Below the pieces are notes generated by a model, which was not told the DNA's origin, ran no database searches, and saw only the letters and a list, made by a program, of their open reading frames with translations. The position numbers were made by a program, and so were the translations under genes. Positions 27,553-42,494 of a DNA stretch of 64,000 bases are shown here, piece after piece. The stretch comes from the human T2T-CHM13v2.0 reference genome, Homo sapiens: assembly GCF_009914755.1 (NCBI RefSeq), contig NC_060926.1; one strand, given 5' to 3'. Positions within the stretch are counted from its first letter, which is position 1, and every line of letters begins with the position of its first letter.

Positions 27553-28100
27553 TGTCAGTTAGGATGATTTTAGTTGCAAGTAATGGAAAAAATGCAAATT
27601 GTCTTAAACAATAGGACACATAATATAATGTAAATGAAATTTCAGGGAGATCAGGCTTTATGGTTTATTGACCCAGAGCTCAACAATGTAATAAAGTTCT
27701 TCAGTTCTTTCCATTGTTAGTTCAATCATCCTTTATGCTGGCTGCATTCTAAATTCAGTCTTCATTTTCTGAGAACGTCTGCCAGTTAGAATTATGATGA
27801 GATGCTTTCTTGTTGACATCTAGAGTTGGATTCTTTCACCCTCCAGAAGAGTGATTGACTTCCCTTCCAAGAAACCTTCATAAAGCTGCCTTTTTATCTT
27901 ATTCTCCAAGTGGTGGCAGGGGGAGACATATCACCATCCCTAAATCAGTAACTGTGGAAAGGCAGAAGGGATTACTTTACTTAGTCAACAGTAATTAGAA
28001 TCTAACTTTAAATCTAGGGAAGGGGGTTGGTAAGACATTTATGTGTATGGCTAAATGAGTGTTCCCTATTCATCTAACATGATACAGGGACTGAGTTCAA
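27553..28100 (-). mobile_element. Old MLT1 (J/K/L-like) MaLR LTR
   Basis: TGTCAGTTAGGATG..TTAGTTGCAAGTAA...GTCTTAAACAA. Confidence 0.5.
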
Positions 28101-28436
28101 AGAATCTACAGAAAAGAATATTTCCTAAGATCCTTATAGCAGTGATTTGTAAACCTCATTTTTGTTTGAGAAACATGTTCTCCAAATAAATGCTATGCAG
28201 GAGAAAGTAGTCGAAAGATATTAAAACAGGGCTCTCTTTCTTGCAAAAGATAGGAGTTAGTGATGTTTCCACACCCACCTAGAAAGCTTCTAAATGTAAA
28301 CTTGCATCTCTGGAGAAATCCTGGACTTCTCCAGGGGCATAATTTGAAAACTGCTATCTTAGATTGCTTCTTGAGTGATGCTCAATTATCTCAGCCAGGT
28401 TAGTAAATGTAGCTAATTGCTAATATGAAAATTATG

Positions 28437-28752
28437 GGCCAGATATGGTGGCTCATGCCTATAATCCCAGCACACTGGGAGGCTGAAGTAGAAGGATTGC
28501 TTGTGGCCAGGAGTTCAAGAACAGCCTGAACAACAAAGCAAGACATTGTCTCTACAGAAATTGTATTAAAAATCAGTCAGGCATGGTGGTGTGCACCTGT
28601 AGTCCTAGCTACTCTGGAGGCTAAGGAGGGAAGATCGCTTGAGCCCAAGAGTCCAAGGCTATAATGAGTTACTACTGCACCATTGCACTCCAGTCTGGGC
28701 GGCGAAGTGAGATTTTGTCTCTAAAAAAAAAAAAAAAAAAAAAAAAAGAAAA
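28437..28752 (+). mobile_element. AluJ SINE with long poly(A)
   Basis: Dimer; TSD GAAAATTAT on both sides. Confidence 0.93.
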
Positions 28753-30029
28753 GAAAATTATATCTAAAGTTCCTTGTTTCCTTGTTATTGACTGAATAAA
28801 ATCTATTATTCTAAATATCAGGAATGCTTCATCATCGCTGATATTTAATTATGAAAATGAAGAAGCTAATTGTGATTCTACTTAACACAGCACTTTTTAA
28901 CTCTACAAAAAGACCAATATCAGGACTGCATATAAAGTCCACATATTTTTCATGAAGATGTATTCATCTACATAAAAATCAAATCTAGAGTTCGTTTGCT
29001 TATGCTAGGAAATGGCTTAACACAAAAAAAGTCTTCATTAGACTATTTCATTTAGAACCATTTTCTAGACCTGTTGGAGTACGTTTATTACTACTAGAGT
29101 TTTTTTTTTTTTTTCCCATAACCAAATCCATTACTATATTGAGCCTGAAAGACTCATTTACATGTTGAGTTATTTACATTTTGGATTCTTGACATTTTGA
29201 TTAAAAGTTTAAAGACCAAATCTGCGAGCACCTACATTTATCTGAACCATGCATTTCCACTGTTCCCTTATTGATTGAGTTATGGGAAAGAGGGATAATA
29301 AATGTCAGTATTTTTAGTAATCAGGTCATACTCCCTACAAGGACATTGCTTTTCTAGAAGAATAGTCAGAGATCAGCCACATGGAGGATTTCATAAAGTG
29401 CATTAAACTCAGATATCTGAATTGACTTTTTGTGAGCTAGCAAGTCTTGGTACTGCCTGCTAACCTTTTATCAGGGACAACCACTGTGATGTAAGAATAA
29501 AGTAAGCAGTAGAATTATTACACTTTTGAAAACAACTGGTTTCCATTTCTTGGACTTCAAAAGCTGTGCAGAACTTCTGCCCTACTCAAGTTACTGCAGA
29601 GTCCCTGGATAGAAGTAAAACCAGGATTATATTTCAGAGGACCAAACTCTCAATTTGGTTGTTAGTGGTGCACATTTTTATTGTTGTTTATCATAAACTA
29701 AGTCAATAAGAATTCTGGGCATGTGTGCCACATTTCTCATCTTTTTGTTCATAGCACCCATCATTAATCAGAGCTGGCCCCTTTTGTTGCATCTATTTTC
29801 CTGATTTAATACATTAAACATAAATTTAAAAGTGAGATGATTTTGAAAGATATAATGCATAAGACAGACAAAACAATAACTGTATAAACCAAATAGCATA
29901 AAAGAGGATGGATTGCCATTAAAATAAATGAGCATTTAAAAACTGAAGAAAGATACATAAGGAAAGCATGAGAGAACAAAAGTTCATAAGATTAAGATAT
30001 TGCTTCCCTTAAGAAACTAAGGTTTAGTT

Positions 30030-30155
30030 TGGGTGTAACCGCTCATGCCTGTAATCCCTTCACTTTAGGAGGCTGAGGTGGGAGGATTGCTTGAGGCCAG
30101 GAGTTAGAGACCAGCCTAGGCATCATAGCTAAACTCCCATCTCTCCATAAAAAAT
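30030..30155 (+). mobile_element. Alu left monomer (FLAM-like)
   Basis: GCTCATGCCTGTAATCCC...GAGACCAGCCTAGGC with no right arm. Confidence 0.8.
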
Positions 30156-30744
30156 GGAACTAAGGTTTAAATGAATGTATAATACAAAAATAAATAAAAG
30201 TGAAGAAAAATGGGAAAGAAACTTAAGACTGGCTAAGGAAAAAGTAGAATCTTCTTGAACAAGTTTATCAAATGACATAGAATAAGCAAAATAAACAGCT
30301 GAAAATAAATTAGATAACTGATGAAATGATAAAGTTTTAGAAGTCAAATGTGGTTCAGAGAGTGGAGAGTAGGAATGCAATTTAATTACTAATGAATGAT
30401 AGACTAGCTGATATATCACAAATTCAGGCTGACAACTACAAATGGCCCTTAGGTTTCACAGTAACGTAAGTCTCTCTCTAGTCAGTTTTCCACTAGTACA
30501 CTCTGCAAATGTCAATGCCTCCACTGAACCTTGTGATTATTTAGCCTAGAATGCTAGGGAGCACTGTTCTCATGAAAACTTGCTTGAATGGCAACCCCTA
30601 GAGGTCAGCGGGCACAGCCTGCTCATCTGTGCGTGGCTGCCCTGCCTTCCATGATGTTTTCAAATCCCCTCCGCTCTCCTCTGCAGTCTGAGCACTGGTG
30701 CCATCTCTTCAGTCATTTTCAGCAGCAGATAACTTTACCTTCCT

Positions 30745-31039
30745 CTTTTTTTTTTTTTTTTTTTTTTTGAGACGAAGTCTTCCTTTGTCGGCTGGAGTGC
30801 AGTGGCGCTATCTCGGTTCACTCCGCCTCCCGTGTTCAAGTGACTCTCCTTCCTCAGCCTCCAGAGTAGCTGGAACTGCAGGTGCACGCCACCACTCCCA
30901 GCTAATTTTTTTGTATTTTGGTAGAAAAGGGGTTTCACCATCTTGGCCAGGCTGATCTCAAACTCCTGACCTCAAGTGATTCACCTGCCTTGGCCTCCCA
31001 AAGTGCTCGGATTACAGGCATGAGCCACCACACCCGGCC
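30745..31039 (-). mobile_element. AluS SINE
   Basis: Reverse Alu; TSD TTACCTTC on both sides. Confidence 0.94.
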
Positions 31040-31099
31040 TTACCTTCTTTTTATGACAGATAGAAAACAGCAAATGGAACTACATCAAAATTCTGCCAC

Positions 31100-32925
<1,826 letters not shown>

Positions 32926-33707
32926 TTTGACTTCTGATTTTAAAAATAATAAAGGATGGAAAGTTCTAAAGTATCTTAAATTTTAGGGTTTATTTCAAGT
33001 ATATTTCACTGGGGCTTAAGAGACCTTATTAATTATTATGTACTGATACGATGAATTGCACTCACTCCCCCACTTGTTTAGTGAAAGGAAATATCCTGGT
33101 TTATACATTTGAGACTATGGAACAACAAACTATTTTTAGAATTTCTCTTCTAAGAATAAAAATGCTGATGCAAACTTTGTCATCAAAAACACAACAAATG
33201 AGTTTTGAGTAAGAATGAAAAATACCAGATGAGAGAAAATGCAGTAGGGACAAATCTATGTAAGACTAGCATTTGCTCTTTCAGTGTGACCTGATAGTTT
33301 TCCTCCAATCACTTAATTTGGCAAGGCAAGTAAGCATAGTGTGATTTTTTAAAAAATCCTATCTATTTCTCCAGTTTGGCTTTTCAAATAAGGGTACCAG
33401 TTGCTATTTTGTTGTTGTTTTTGTAGTTGTTTATGTCATCTACTTTATACAACTGGATGTCTGGGCTCAATGCTAAACTCTGGAATCTAAAATGGCTGTT
33501 GTGTGACTCTTTTATATTCAAAATTCTCTACCCTACAATTTTTAATATATTTGTGTCAGCCTGGCCATCTAATAAATTAAAAAATCCCATCATACTCTTG
33601 GTGAGCCCCTATTTTTTGATCTAATTACTTTGTGTTGAATAGTTAAGACATATTCTCATTTGAGAATAACCCTTTTCAATTTTTTTTTTATTAAAGAAGT
33701 ATCTGTC

Positions 33708-34016
<309 letters not shown>

Positions 34017-36174
34017 TAAATATTTTATAACAATCCTCCGAAAAGAGCTCTACCACCATGGTTCCCACAATTAAGTTGATGTGTATGTATATAGAATATA
34101 CTTAATTCTATTTATTCATTTAACTTAAAGAAGCAACGACTTCAAAGGTCACTAAAAATTACATGAAAATCTAAAATGTCATAGGAAAATTTCCTTTTAA
34201 AAGAAGAGTGCTGACTCTGAAAGAATAGTGAAAGTGGTTTAAATTATTTATCTTCCAAGAAGAGGACCTTTGGATATCCCAAGATAAAAGTTATATTAAT
34301 AGTTCTTTCATTCGATCAATATCTCAACGTCATTGGCAGTTTGTTCCGTAATGGGAAAAAAAAGCCTATTTCTTAAAGGACGGCAGCACAAAACAACTAA
34401 ATAGAAGAAATCTGTGGCAACTCAACACTTTAGGATTCAGACAAGTGATTGAGAGAACATAAATAAGAAGGCTTGTAAACCATACACATACACACGTGCA
34501 CACATACAGAGTTTCATCCATAAAAAGACAGCATCATCCACATTTATCTGACCATGCCATTACACAGATTGAAAACTGAGGTGAGGGTAGTACAACAGAT
34601 AATTCTTTAAAAATGTAAATGTTAATTGAGTTTGAAGAATAAATGGTCTTTTATGATACTTCTGCTTCATGGTTCTAACTGTTTCAAGTTTCATCCTGAG
34701 AGATACAGGGAAAATGAAACAGAAAATCCAATCATTGACATTCAAAGCAAGGTCTTCACTTTAGGGACTTACTCCTCCATACAGTAGCTTTTTTCACTTC
34801 AAACTATTTAAGTTCATTTGAGTTTTCTATATAGTAAATGGTGGATTAAACAAATGCACAGAAAGCAAAGCTTTCTAGAATGTCTGTCAACAAAATACAA
34901 GCCATAGTTGAGTATCAAAGTAATTGTAGGAAACATAACAGGTGAAAGTCAATCAAATCTGCATTGCTCTTCTCTGAGGTTTAGTCAGGAGCATTCTAGA
35001 CCTTAGAAGATGGTACTCTTCAGCCAACCCAACTCCACTAATATAAAAAGAAAAAAATCATATGTATATCTAATGATCCAGGGTAATGCAAGATGGTGGG
35101 GGCTACTTAAAAATATGAAACTCAAGCTCATTTTTAAAAATAACTTCATTTTTCCTCTCATCCATACATCTTCTTAACCGAGATGTCAACAAATATAAAT
35201 TGACTTACATAAGTTCATATCCTACAGCTTTCTCTAAGCACTCTGGATAGACTGATGTTAAGAAAATTTTTGAGATTAATTAAACTTTTGTCTGACCTCA
35301 ACCAAAGGTAAAAATAGCAAAAAGAAAATTAATTTACTCCAAGCCAAAAGAAGAAATTGTGGGTTTCTGCTCTATGTCTATGAAATAGAAATGCTAAAAA
35401 CTATCTCCTGTTCCCTGTGCCTCAGAATGTAGCTTGATAAATCAGAAGAAAAAAATGGATGCAAAAATCTTCACAACCATAAAGAACAAAATAAATTCTA
35501 AGTGTTAGTATTGCTCCTCTTTTCAGAGACTTCATCCAACTTTAAGCATTATGATAAATGAAGGACAAAAAATGTGACGTTATTGTTATTTTTATGAACC
35601 TTTCACCAGCACAACTTGATTAATCAAAACTTCTTCAAGGAAATGTATTATTTTAATCATTTAATTAGATTTTTAAAATAGATTTTATGTTTTAGAGCAG
35701 TTTTAGGTCCACAACAAAATCAAGCAAAGGGTACAGAGATTTTTCATATACAGGCTGGTCCAACACATGAATAGCCCACCTCACCTCCTATTATCAACAT
35801 CTCTCACCAAAGTGGTGCAATTGTTACAGTTAATCAAACTACATTGGCATTTCACTATCATCCAAAGTTCATAGTTTACATCAAGGTTTGCCCTTGGTGT
35901 TGTATGGGTTTGGACAAATTTATGACATGTATACACTGTTATAGTATCATACAGAGGAATTTAACTTCCCTAAAAATCCTCTGTGTTTCACTTTTTTATT
36001 CTTCTCTTCCCCTTAATCCCTAGCAATGATTGATCTTTTTACAGTTTGCATAGCTTTGCCTTTTCCAGAATGTCATATAGTTGGAATCACACATTAAGTA
36101 GCCTTTACAGACTGGCTTCTTTCATTTAGTAATATGTATTTAAGTTTCCTCTATTTCTTTTCATGGCTTAATAG

Positions 36175-36500
<326 letters not shown>

Positions 36501-37657
36501 GATAGCTAATTTCTTTTATAGCATTGAATAATATTCCATTATAAACTGGATATATCACAGTTTATCTACTCACCTACTGAGGGACATTTTGGTTGTTTTA
36601 AAGTTTTAGTAATTGCAAATATAGCTGCTATAAAGATCCATATGCAAGTTTTTGTGTGGACATACATTTTCAGCTTTTGTGGGTAAATACCAAGGAATGT
36701 GATTGCTGAATCATATGGTAAGAGTATTTTTTTAAATAATAAATTGCCTAGCTGTCAAATCAAAATGTCTATAGAATTCTGCGTTTGCACCAGCAGTGAA
36801 TGAGAGTTCCTGTTGCTACACATCTTTGCCAGCATTTGTTATTGTCATATTTTGGCCATTTTAACGTGTATGTAGTAATATCTCAGTGTTGTTTTAATGT
36901 ACATTTCCTGATGATATATCATAATGTGGAGCATCTTTTCAAATGTATATACATCTATAAGTCTGTTAAAAACTCTGACCTATATTTTAATTGGGTTGTT
37001 TTCTTTTTGTTGAGTTTTAAGAGTTCTTTACATATTTTGGATAATAGTCCTTTATCAGAAATGTCTTTTGCAAATATTTTTCTCCCAGTCCCAGGCTTAT
37101 CTTTTGATTTTCTTGACAGTGCAGGGTTTTTAATTTTAATGAAATCCAGCTTATCCATTTTTTAAAAATGGATAGTGCCATTGGTATTATACCTTAAAAG
37201 TCATCAGCAACGCCAAGGTTGAAGAACAGTTGATTATATTTTGGGGAGTCTTTCTGAGTTTTCATTCTGTTCCATTGATCTGTTTGCCTGTTACTTAGCT
37301 GGTTCTAGACTGTGTTTATTACTGTAACCTTAAAGTAAGGCATAAGGTATTTTGGGTAGCATCTGTCCTCCAACTTTGTTTTCCAATATTGTGTTGGCCA
37401 TTCTTGATCTTTTTCCTCTCCATATAAATTTCAGAATTAGTTGTCAATTTCCACAAAATAACCTGCTAGAATTTTGGTTGGGATGGCATTAAACCTATAG
37501 ATTGAGTTGGGAAGAGCTAATATCTTGACAATATTGAGTCTGTAGCCATAAACATGGAATATCTCTCCATTTACTTAGTTCTTTGATTTCTTTCACCAAG
37601 TTTTATAATTTCCATGTATAGATTATATACATATTTTGTTAGATTTATACCTAAGTA

Positions 37658-37949
37658 CAGTTGGCTCCCTGTATCTGCAATTCTGCATCCACGGATTCAA
37701 ACAACTAAGGAAACTAGTCAGAAAAAATAAATACATAAAAGAGTAATTAAACACTAAAAATGTAAATAATATAACAACCATTTAAGTAGCATTTACATCA
37801 TACTATGTCTTATAAATAATCTAGAGATGTTTTAAAGTATATGGTAAAATATATGTAGATTATATAAGGGACTTGAGCATCCATGAATTTTGGTACCCAC
37901 AGAGGGACCTGAAACCATTCTCCCATGGACAGATACCAAGAGATGACTG
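37658..37949. mobile_element. MER2 (Tigger-class) DNA transposon
   Basis: TA-CAGTTGGCTCCCTGTATCTG...AGATACCAAGAGATGACTG-TA; GGGACTTGAGCATCCATG core; the L1 reads through once it is removed. Confidence 0.88.
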
Positions 37950-39046
37950 TATTTCTTTTTGGGGGTAAGAGGTGCTAATATAATTGATATTGTGTTTTTA
38001 ATTTCAAATTTTACTTGTTCATTAGTCATGTATTGGAAAGCAATGGACTTTTGTATATTAACTTTGTATTCTGCAATTTTGCTATAATCACTTATTAGTT
38101 CCAGAAATTTCTTGGTTGATTCTTTTGGATTTTCTACATACTCATGACATCTGTGAACAAAGGCAGTTTTTTTTTTCTTTACAATCTGTATATCTTTTAT
38201 TTATTTTTATCTTATTGTATAAGTTAGAGCTGCCATAATGAAACTAAAAAGCAATTGTGAGAGGGGACATCCTTGACTTGTTCCTGATCTTAGTGGGAAA
38301 GTATTGACTTTCTCACCATGAATTAGGATGATAACCATTAAGTATAATGTTTTTGGTAAATATTCTTTATTGAATTAAGAAAGTTCAACTCTATTACTAG
38401 TTTACAGAGAGCTTTTATATGAATTAGTTTGATTTTGTCAAGTCCTTTTTCCGCATCTATTGATATGATCACGTAATTTTTCTCCATTAGCCTATTAATG
38501 TATTAATGGATTACATTAATTGCTTTTCAAATGTTGAACCAGTCTTGAACATCTGAGATAAATCCCACCTGGTTGTGGTTTATTATGCTTTTTATGCATG
38601 GTTGGATTTGATTTGCTAATACTGTGTTAAGGATTATTACATCTATGTTCATGTGAGATATTTATCTGTTTTTTTCTTTTCTTGTAATGTGTGTCTGGTT
38701 TTACGCATTAGGGTATGCTGGCCTCATAGGCTGAGTTAGGAAGTTTTCCTCTGCTTCAATTGTCAGAACAGGACTATACACAATCGGTATAATTTCTATT
38801 TGAATAAGATTTTAATTTAATAGCTACAGTATTCATAATGTTATCAGGCATAATTAATAATCAATATTTCCTTGTAACTAATTTGGTACAAATATTCTGA
38901 TTCGGATTTCTCCTAAAAAAGTAAATTGTAGAGATGGATTATTTAAATTGAAATATTCCTCCATCCATGGCAGTCATCAATTTCTTTAAAACTTATTTTA
39001 AGCATAATTTAAAACTTTGTATAGCTCATTTTAAAACTTATTGTTT

Positions 39047-39560
39047 GTAGTGGGCACTAGTCAATTTTTGGCTACCCAGCATTTGAATTATTTTTGCTGC
39101 ATTTTGAAAATGCCCTATCATATGAGTCTTGCTAGAGAGCAGAGCCTACCCCAAACTATCGGACCTGAAATAATACACAGTTGCTTTTCCGGCCTCTAAC
39201 GTCTCAGCCAATAAGATGCATATTACACAGAAGCTAGAGACTCAAACATAATTTGAAGAGATTTCATTCAAGTGGAATGTGACCAACACGTAATTCCTAT
39301 AGGTGTTTGTGGCAACAATAGCAAATATGATGTTACTATTCTGTGCCAGCAACATCAGAGGTAAAAGCTGTACAAGTCTTCAAAAGTGTTATCATCAAAG
39401 TCCTTCTTGCCCATTTCTGCCATACATGATTTTAACTGTGACTGTGTTTCTGTGATTCCCATATCACTCTTCCTTTTTTAATAGTCACTCATTTTGTTAG
39501 CAATACAATATCATTTTAACAAATTTCAGGCAGTCAAAGTTGATTGGTATTGCTAATACA
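39047..39560 (+). mobile_element. Old ERVL-class LTR (LTR33/LTR41-like)
   Basis: TGTAGTGGGCAC...TTTTTGGCTACCCAGCAT start; CTCAGCCAATAAGATG. Confidence 0.4.
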
Positions 39561-39854
39561 CAGTTAATACATAAACAAAGTAAAAAGAAATACACATTTT
39601 TTATTTCAGAAAAATAAGATGCTAACTCTAAAGTAGGATACATGAAAAGGAAAAATAGAAAACTGAAAGAAAATGTACAATGGCATAAAAAATCTGCTGT
39701 AACTAGTTGGCTACAGAATAACATAGAAACAATAATCATTTTTATTTATGAAGAACTATGTTCCAGATGCTGTGCCAAGTACTGTACTAACATCTCATCT
39801 AATTGTAAAAGCAAGCTATGAAGTAGTATTACGGGAGTTATTAAGAAATTATTT

Positions 39855-40150
39855 GACCAGGCGCAGTGGCTCACGCCTGTAATCCCAGTACTTTGGGAGA
39901 CCAAGATGGTCAGATCACCTGAGGTCAGGAGTTCGACCCCAGCCTGGCCAACGTGGCGAAACCCCGTCTCTACTAAAAAAATGCAAAAATTAGCTGGGGA
40001 TGGTGGCATGCACCTGTAATCCCAGCTACTCAGGAGGCTGAGGCAGGAGAATTGCTTGAACCCAGGAGGTGGAGGTTGCAGTGAGCCGAGATCCACTGCA
40101 CTGCAGCTTAGGTGACAGAGCAAGACCCTGCCTCAAAAAAAAAAAAAAAA
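39855..40150 (+). mobile_element. AluSx/Sz SINE
   Basis: Full dimer with poly(A). Confidence 0.95.
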
Positions 40151-40351
40151 TATTATTTCAGGCAGCTAGAAAGGGTAAAAGAGTCAAAGAGTCCTCAGTA
40201 AGGCTTTTTCTTTTAATAAAAACATTTCTAACAGAAAGCGGCTGGAAAAAAAACAGACTTGCAAGCATTGATTTGCAAGCCACAGGCTTGCATACGTAAA
40301 TGCAGGCTGTCAAGAGTCAGGTCCACCCAATGTGGTGATTCCTGCTCCCTT

Positions 40352-40728
40352 CCCTTCCCTTCCCTTCCCTCCCCTCCCCTCCCCTCCCCTCCCCCCTCCC
40401 CTCCCCTTCCCTCTCCTCCTTTCTTTCTTCTTCTTTTTTTTTTTTCTTTCAGAGTTTCGCTCTTGTCGCCCAGGCTGGAATGCAGTGGTGCAATCTTGGC
40501 TTACTGCAACCTCCACCTCCTGGGTTCAAGCGATTCTCCTGCCTCAGCCTCCTGAGTAGCTGGAATTGTAGGTGCACACCACCACGCCCGGCTAATTTTT
40601 GTATTTTTAGTTGAGATGGGATTTTGCCATGTTGGCCAGGCTGGTCTCGAACTCCTGACCTCAGGTGATCCGCCCACCTCGGCCTACCAAAGTGCTGGGA
40701 TTACAGGCATGAGCTACTGCGCCCAGCC
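40352..40728 (-). mobile_element. AluSq/Sp-like SINE with a (CCCTT/CCCCT)n tail extension
   Basis: GAGTTTCGCTCTTGTCGCCC diagnostic; TSD TCCTGCTCCCTT at 40340-40351 and 40729-40740. Confidence 0.93.
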
Positions 40729-41338
40729 TCCTGCTCCCTTTTCTTTGTCCCCACATGTGCAGGTGTCATGGCACAGCCAGGTAGAAGCCTCATTTGTATA
40801 ATAAAAGGTTAGGCTTGGAGGGCCAGTCTTTTTGCTATGTGAATGACACACCTGGTCAAATCAATCCCGTTTGCCCTGTTTGGGCTCTATGCAATCAGAC
40901 ACCACCTCCTCAAGCCTCTCAATATAACCAACTGCTCCCCCCTGCCCCTTACTGCCCCCCCAACCCCCTACCTGTCCTCCTGCGCAAGGTGTGTTATTCT
41001 GTTTGGAGCCCTCCTCCCTCTGTGCCAGGGAGCTGTTCTCTTCCTTCTTGCATATTAAACTTTCTGCTCCTTAATCCACTCCATGTGTGTGTCAGTGTCA
41101 CTAATTTTCTTGGTGCGAGACAAAGGACCCTGGGTGTTTCCCCAGACAATGGAGCCATTTCAGTAGGTTTTAATGTTGCAGATATAGGTGAGAAAACGAA
41201 GGCTTATGAAGGTCACATAATTGTGTTTTGTCATACGGTGAGTATAAAGAACATATGTGAACATGAGTCTACTTGATTCTAAAATCCAAGCTCTTAACCT
41301 TTATAATAATACCACTGTGCACTTATAGTTAAATTGTT

Positions 41339-41679
41339 TTTTTGGTTTCTGTTTTTTTTCTTTCTTTTTTTTTTTTTTTTTTTGAGACGCAGTCTCATTC
41401 TGTCGCCCAGGCTGGAGCGCAGTGGTGTGATCTCGGCTCACTGCAAGCTCCGCCTTCCAGGTTCACACCATTCTCCTGCCTCAGCCTCCTGAGTAGCTGG
41501 GATTACAGTTGCCCGGCTAATTTTTTTGTTACACCACACCCGGCTAATTTTTTTGTATTTTTAGTAGAGATGGGGTTTCACCATGTTAGCCAGGATGGTC
41601 TTGATCTCCTGACCTCGTGATCCACCCGCCTCAGCCTCCCAAAGTGCTGGGATTACACGCGTGAGCCATGCGCCCGGCC
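41339..41679 (-). mobile_element. AluY SINE with a small internal duplication
   Basis: GCAAGCTCCGCC, GTTCACACCATTCTC, TTAGCCAGGATGGTC diagnostics; TSD TTATAGTTAAATTGTT. Confidence 0.94.
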
Positions 41680-42193
41680 TTTATAGTTAAATTGTTAATC
41701 ACTATGATTGTATATAGGCAGGTTATTGTTACACTTATCAACAATAGTTATAACAACAAATCAAATACTAGAAATAAGAAACTTAATTCAAGTTTTGCTT
41801 GAGGGTCTAGAAATTAAGTTATATTCTCACAAAAGAATTCCTTTCAATCCTCCAAACAGCCATTTTTGTATGTTCATTGGTAATTCTTGATAAAATAATA
41901 CAGTATAATGTATTAAAAAACAGTAAGGGGATAAACACTCTGTGGTTCCCCTGTGTATGTGTTAATAAAATCTATATGCCTTTTCTCCAAAGAACTGAAA
42001 ACAAAACAGTACATTGTAAGTTTTCATCGAATAGATTTATGATGCAATAAAAAAGCAATTGAGTAAATTATTTCTGTTCTCCAGCTTAATACATATGTTG
42101 GTTTTACAGAAATACATAAATTCTCAATCAATCAAAAGTTAGAAAATTTAAACATCACTCATTTTTCTTGGTCCATATGAAATGTCTTTCATC

Positions 42194-42494
42194 TTTTTTT
42201 TTTTTTTTTGAGACAGGATCTCACTCTGTTGCCCAGGCTGAAGTACAGTGGTGCAATCATAGATCACTGCAGCCTCAACCTCCTGAGCTCAAATGATCCT
42301 GCCTCTCCAGCCTCCCCAGTAGCTGGGACTACAGGCATGTGCTACTATGCCCAGCTAATTTTTTTATTTTTATTTTTTGTGGAGACAGGGTCTGACTACG
42401 TAGCCCTGGCTAGCCTCAAACTCCTGGCCTCAAGTGATGCTCCCATCTTAGCCTTCTAAAAAGCTGGGATTATAGACATGAGCCACTGTCTGGC
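42194..42494 (-). mobile_element. AluJ SINE
   Basis: Reverse diverged Alu dimer. Confidence 0.92.

Larger units (their letters stand above)
39827..41162 (+). mobile_element. LTR9-like ERV1 solo LTR inserted into a MIR and carrying two Alus
   Basis: TATTACGGGAGTTATTAAGAAATTATTT[Alu]CAGGCAG...ATTAAAC...GGAGCCATTTCA; 4-bp TSD GTAG at 39823-39826 and 41163-41166; MIR continues on both sides. Confidence 0.75.

Noticed and set aside
40794-41276. 160-aa ORF
   Set aside because: Non-ATG start, spans an LTR/MIR junction, no recognisable domain.
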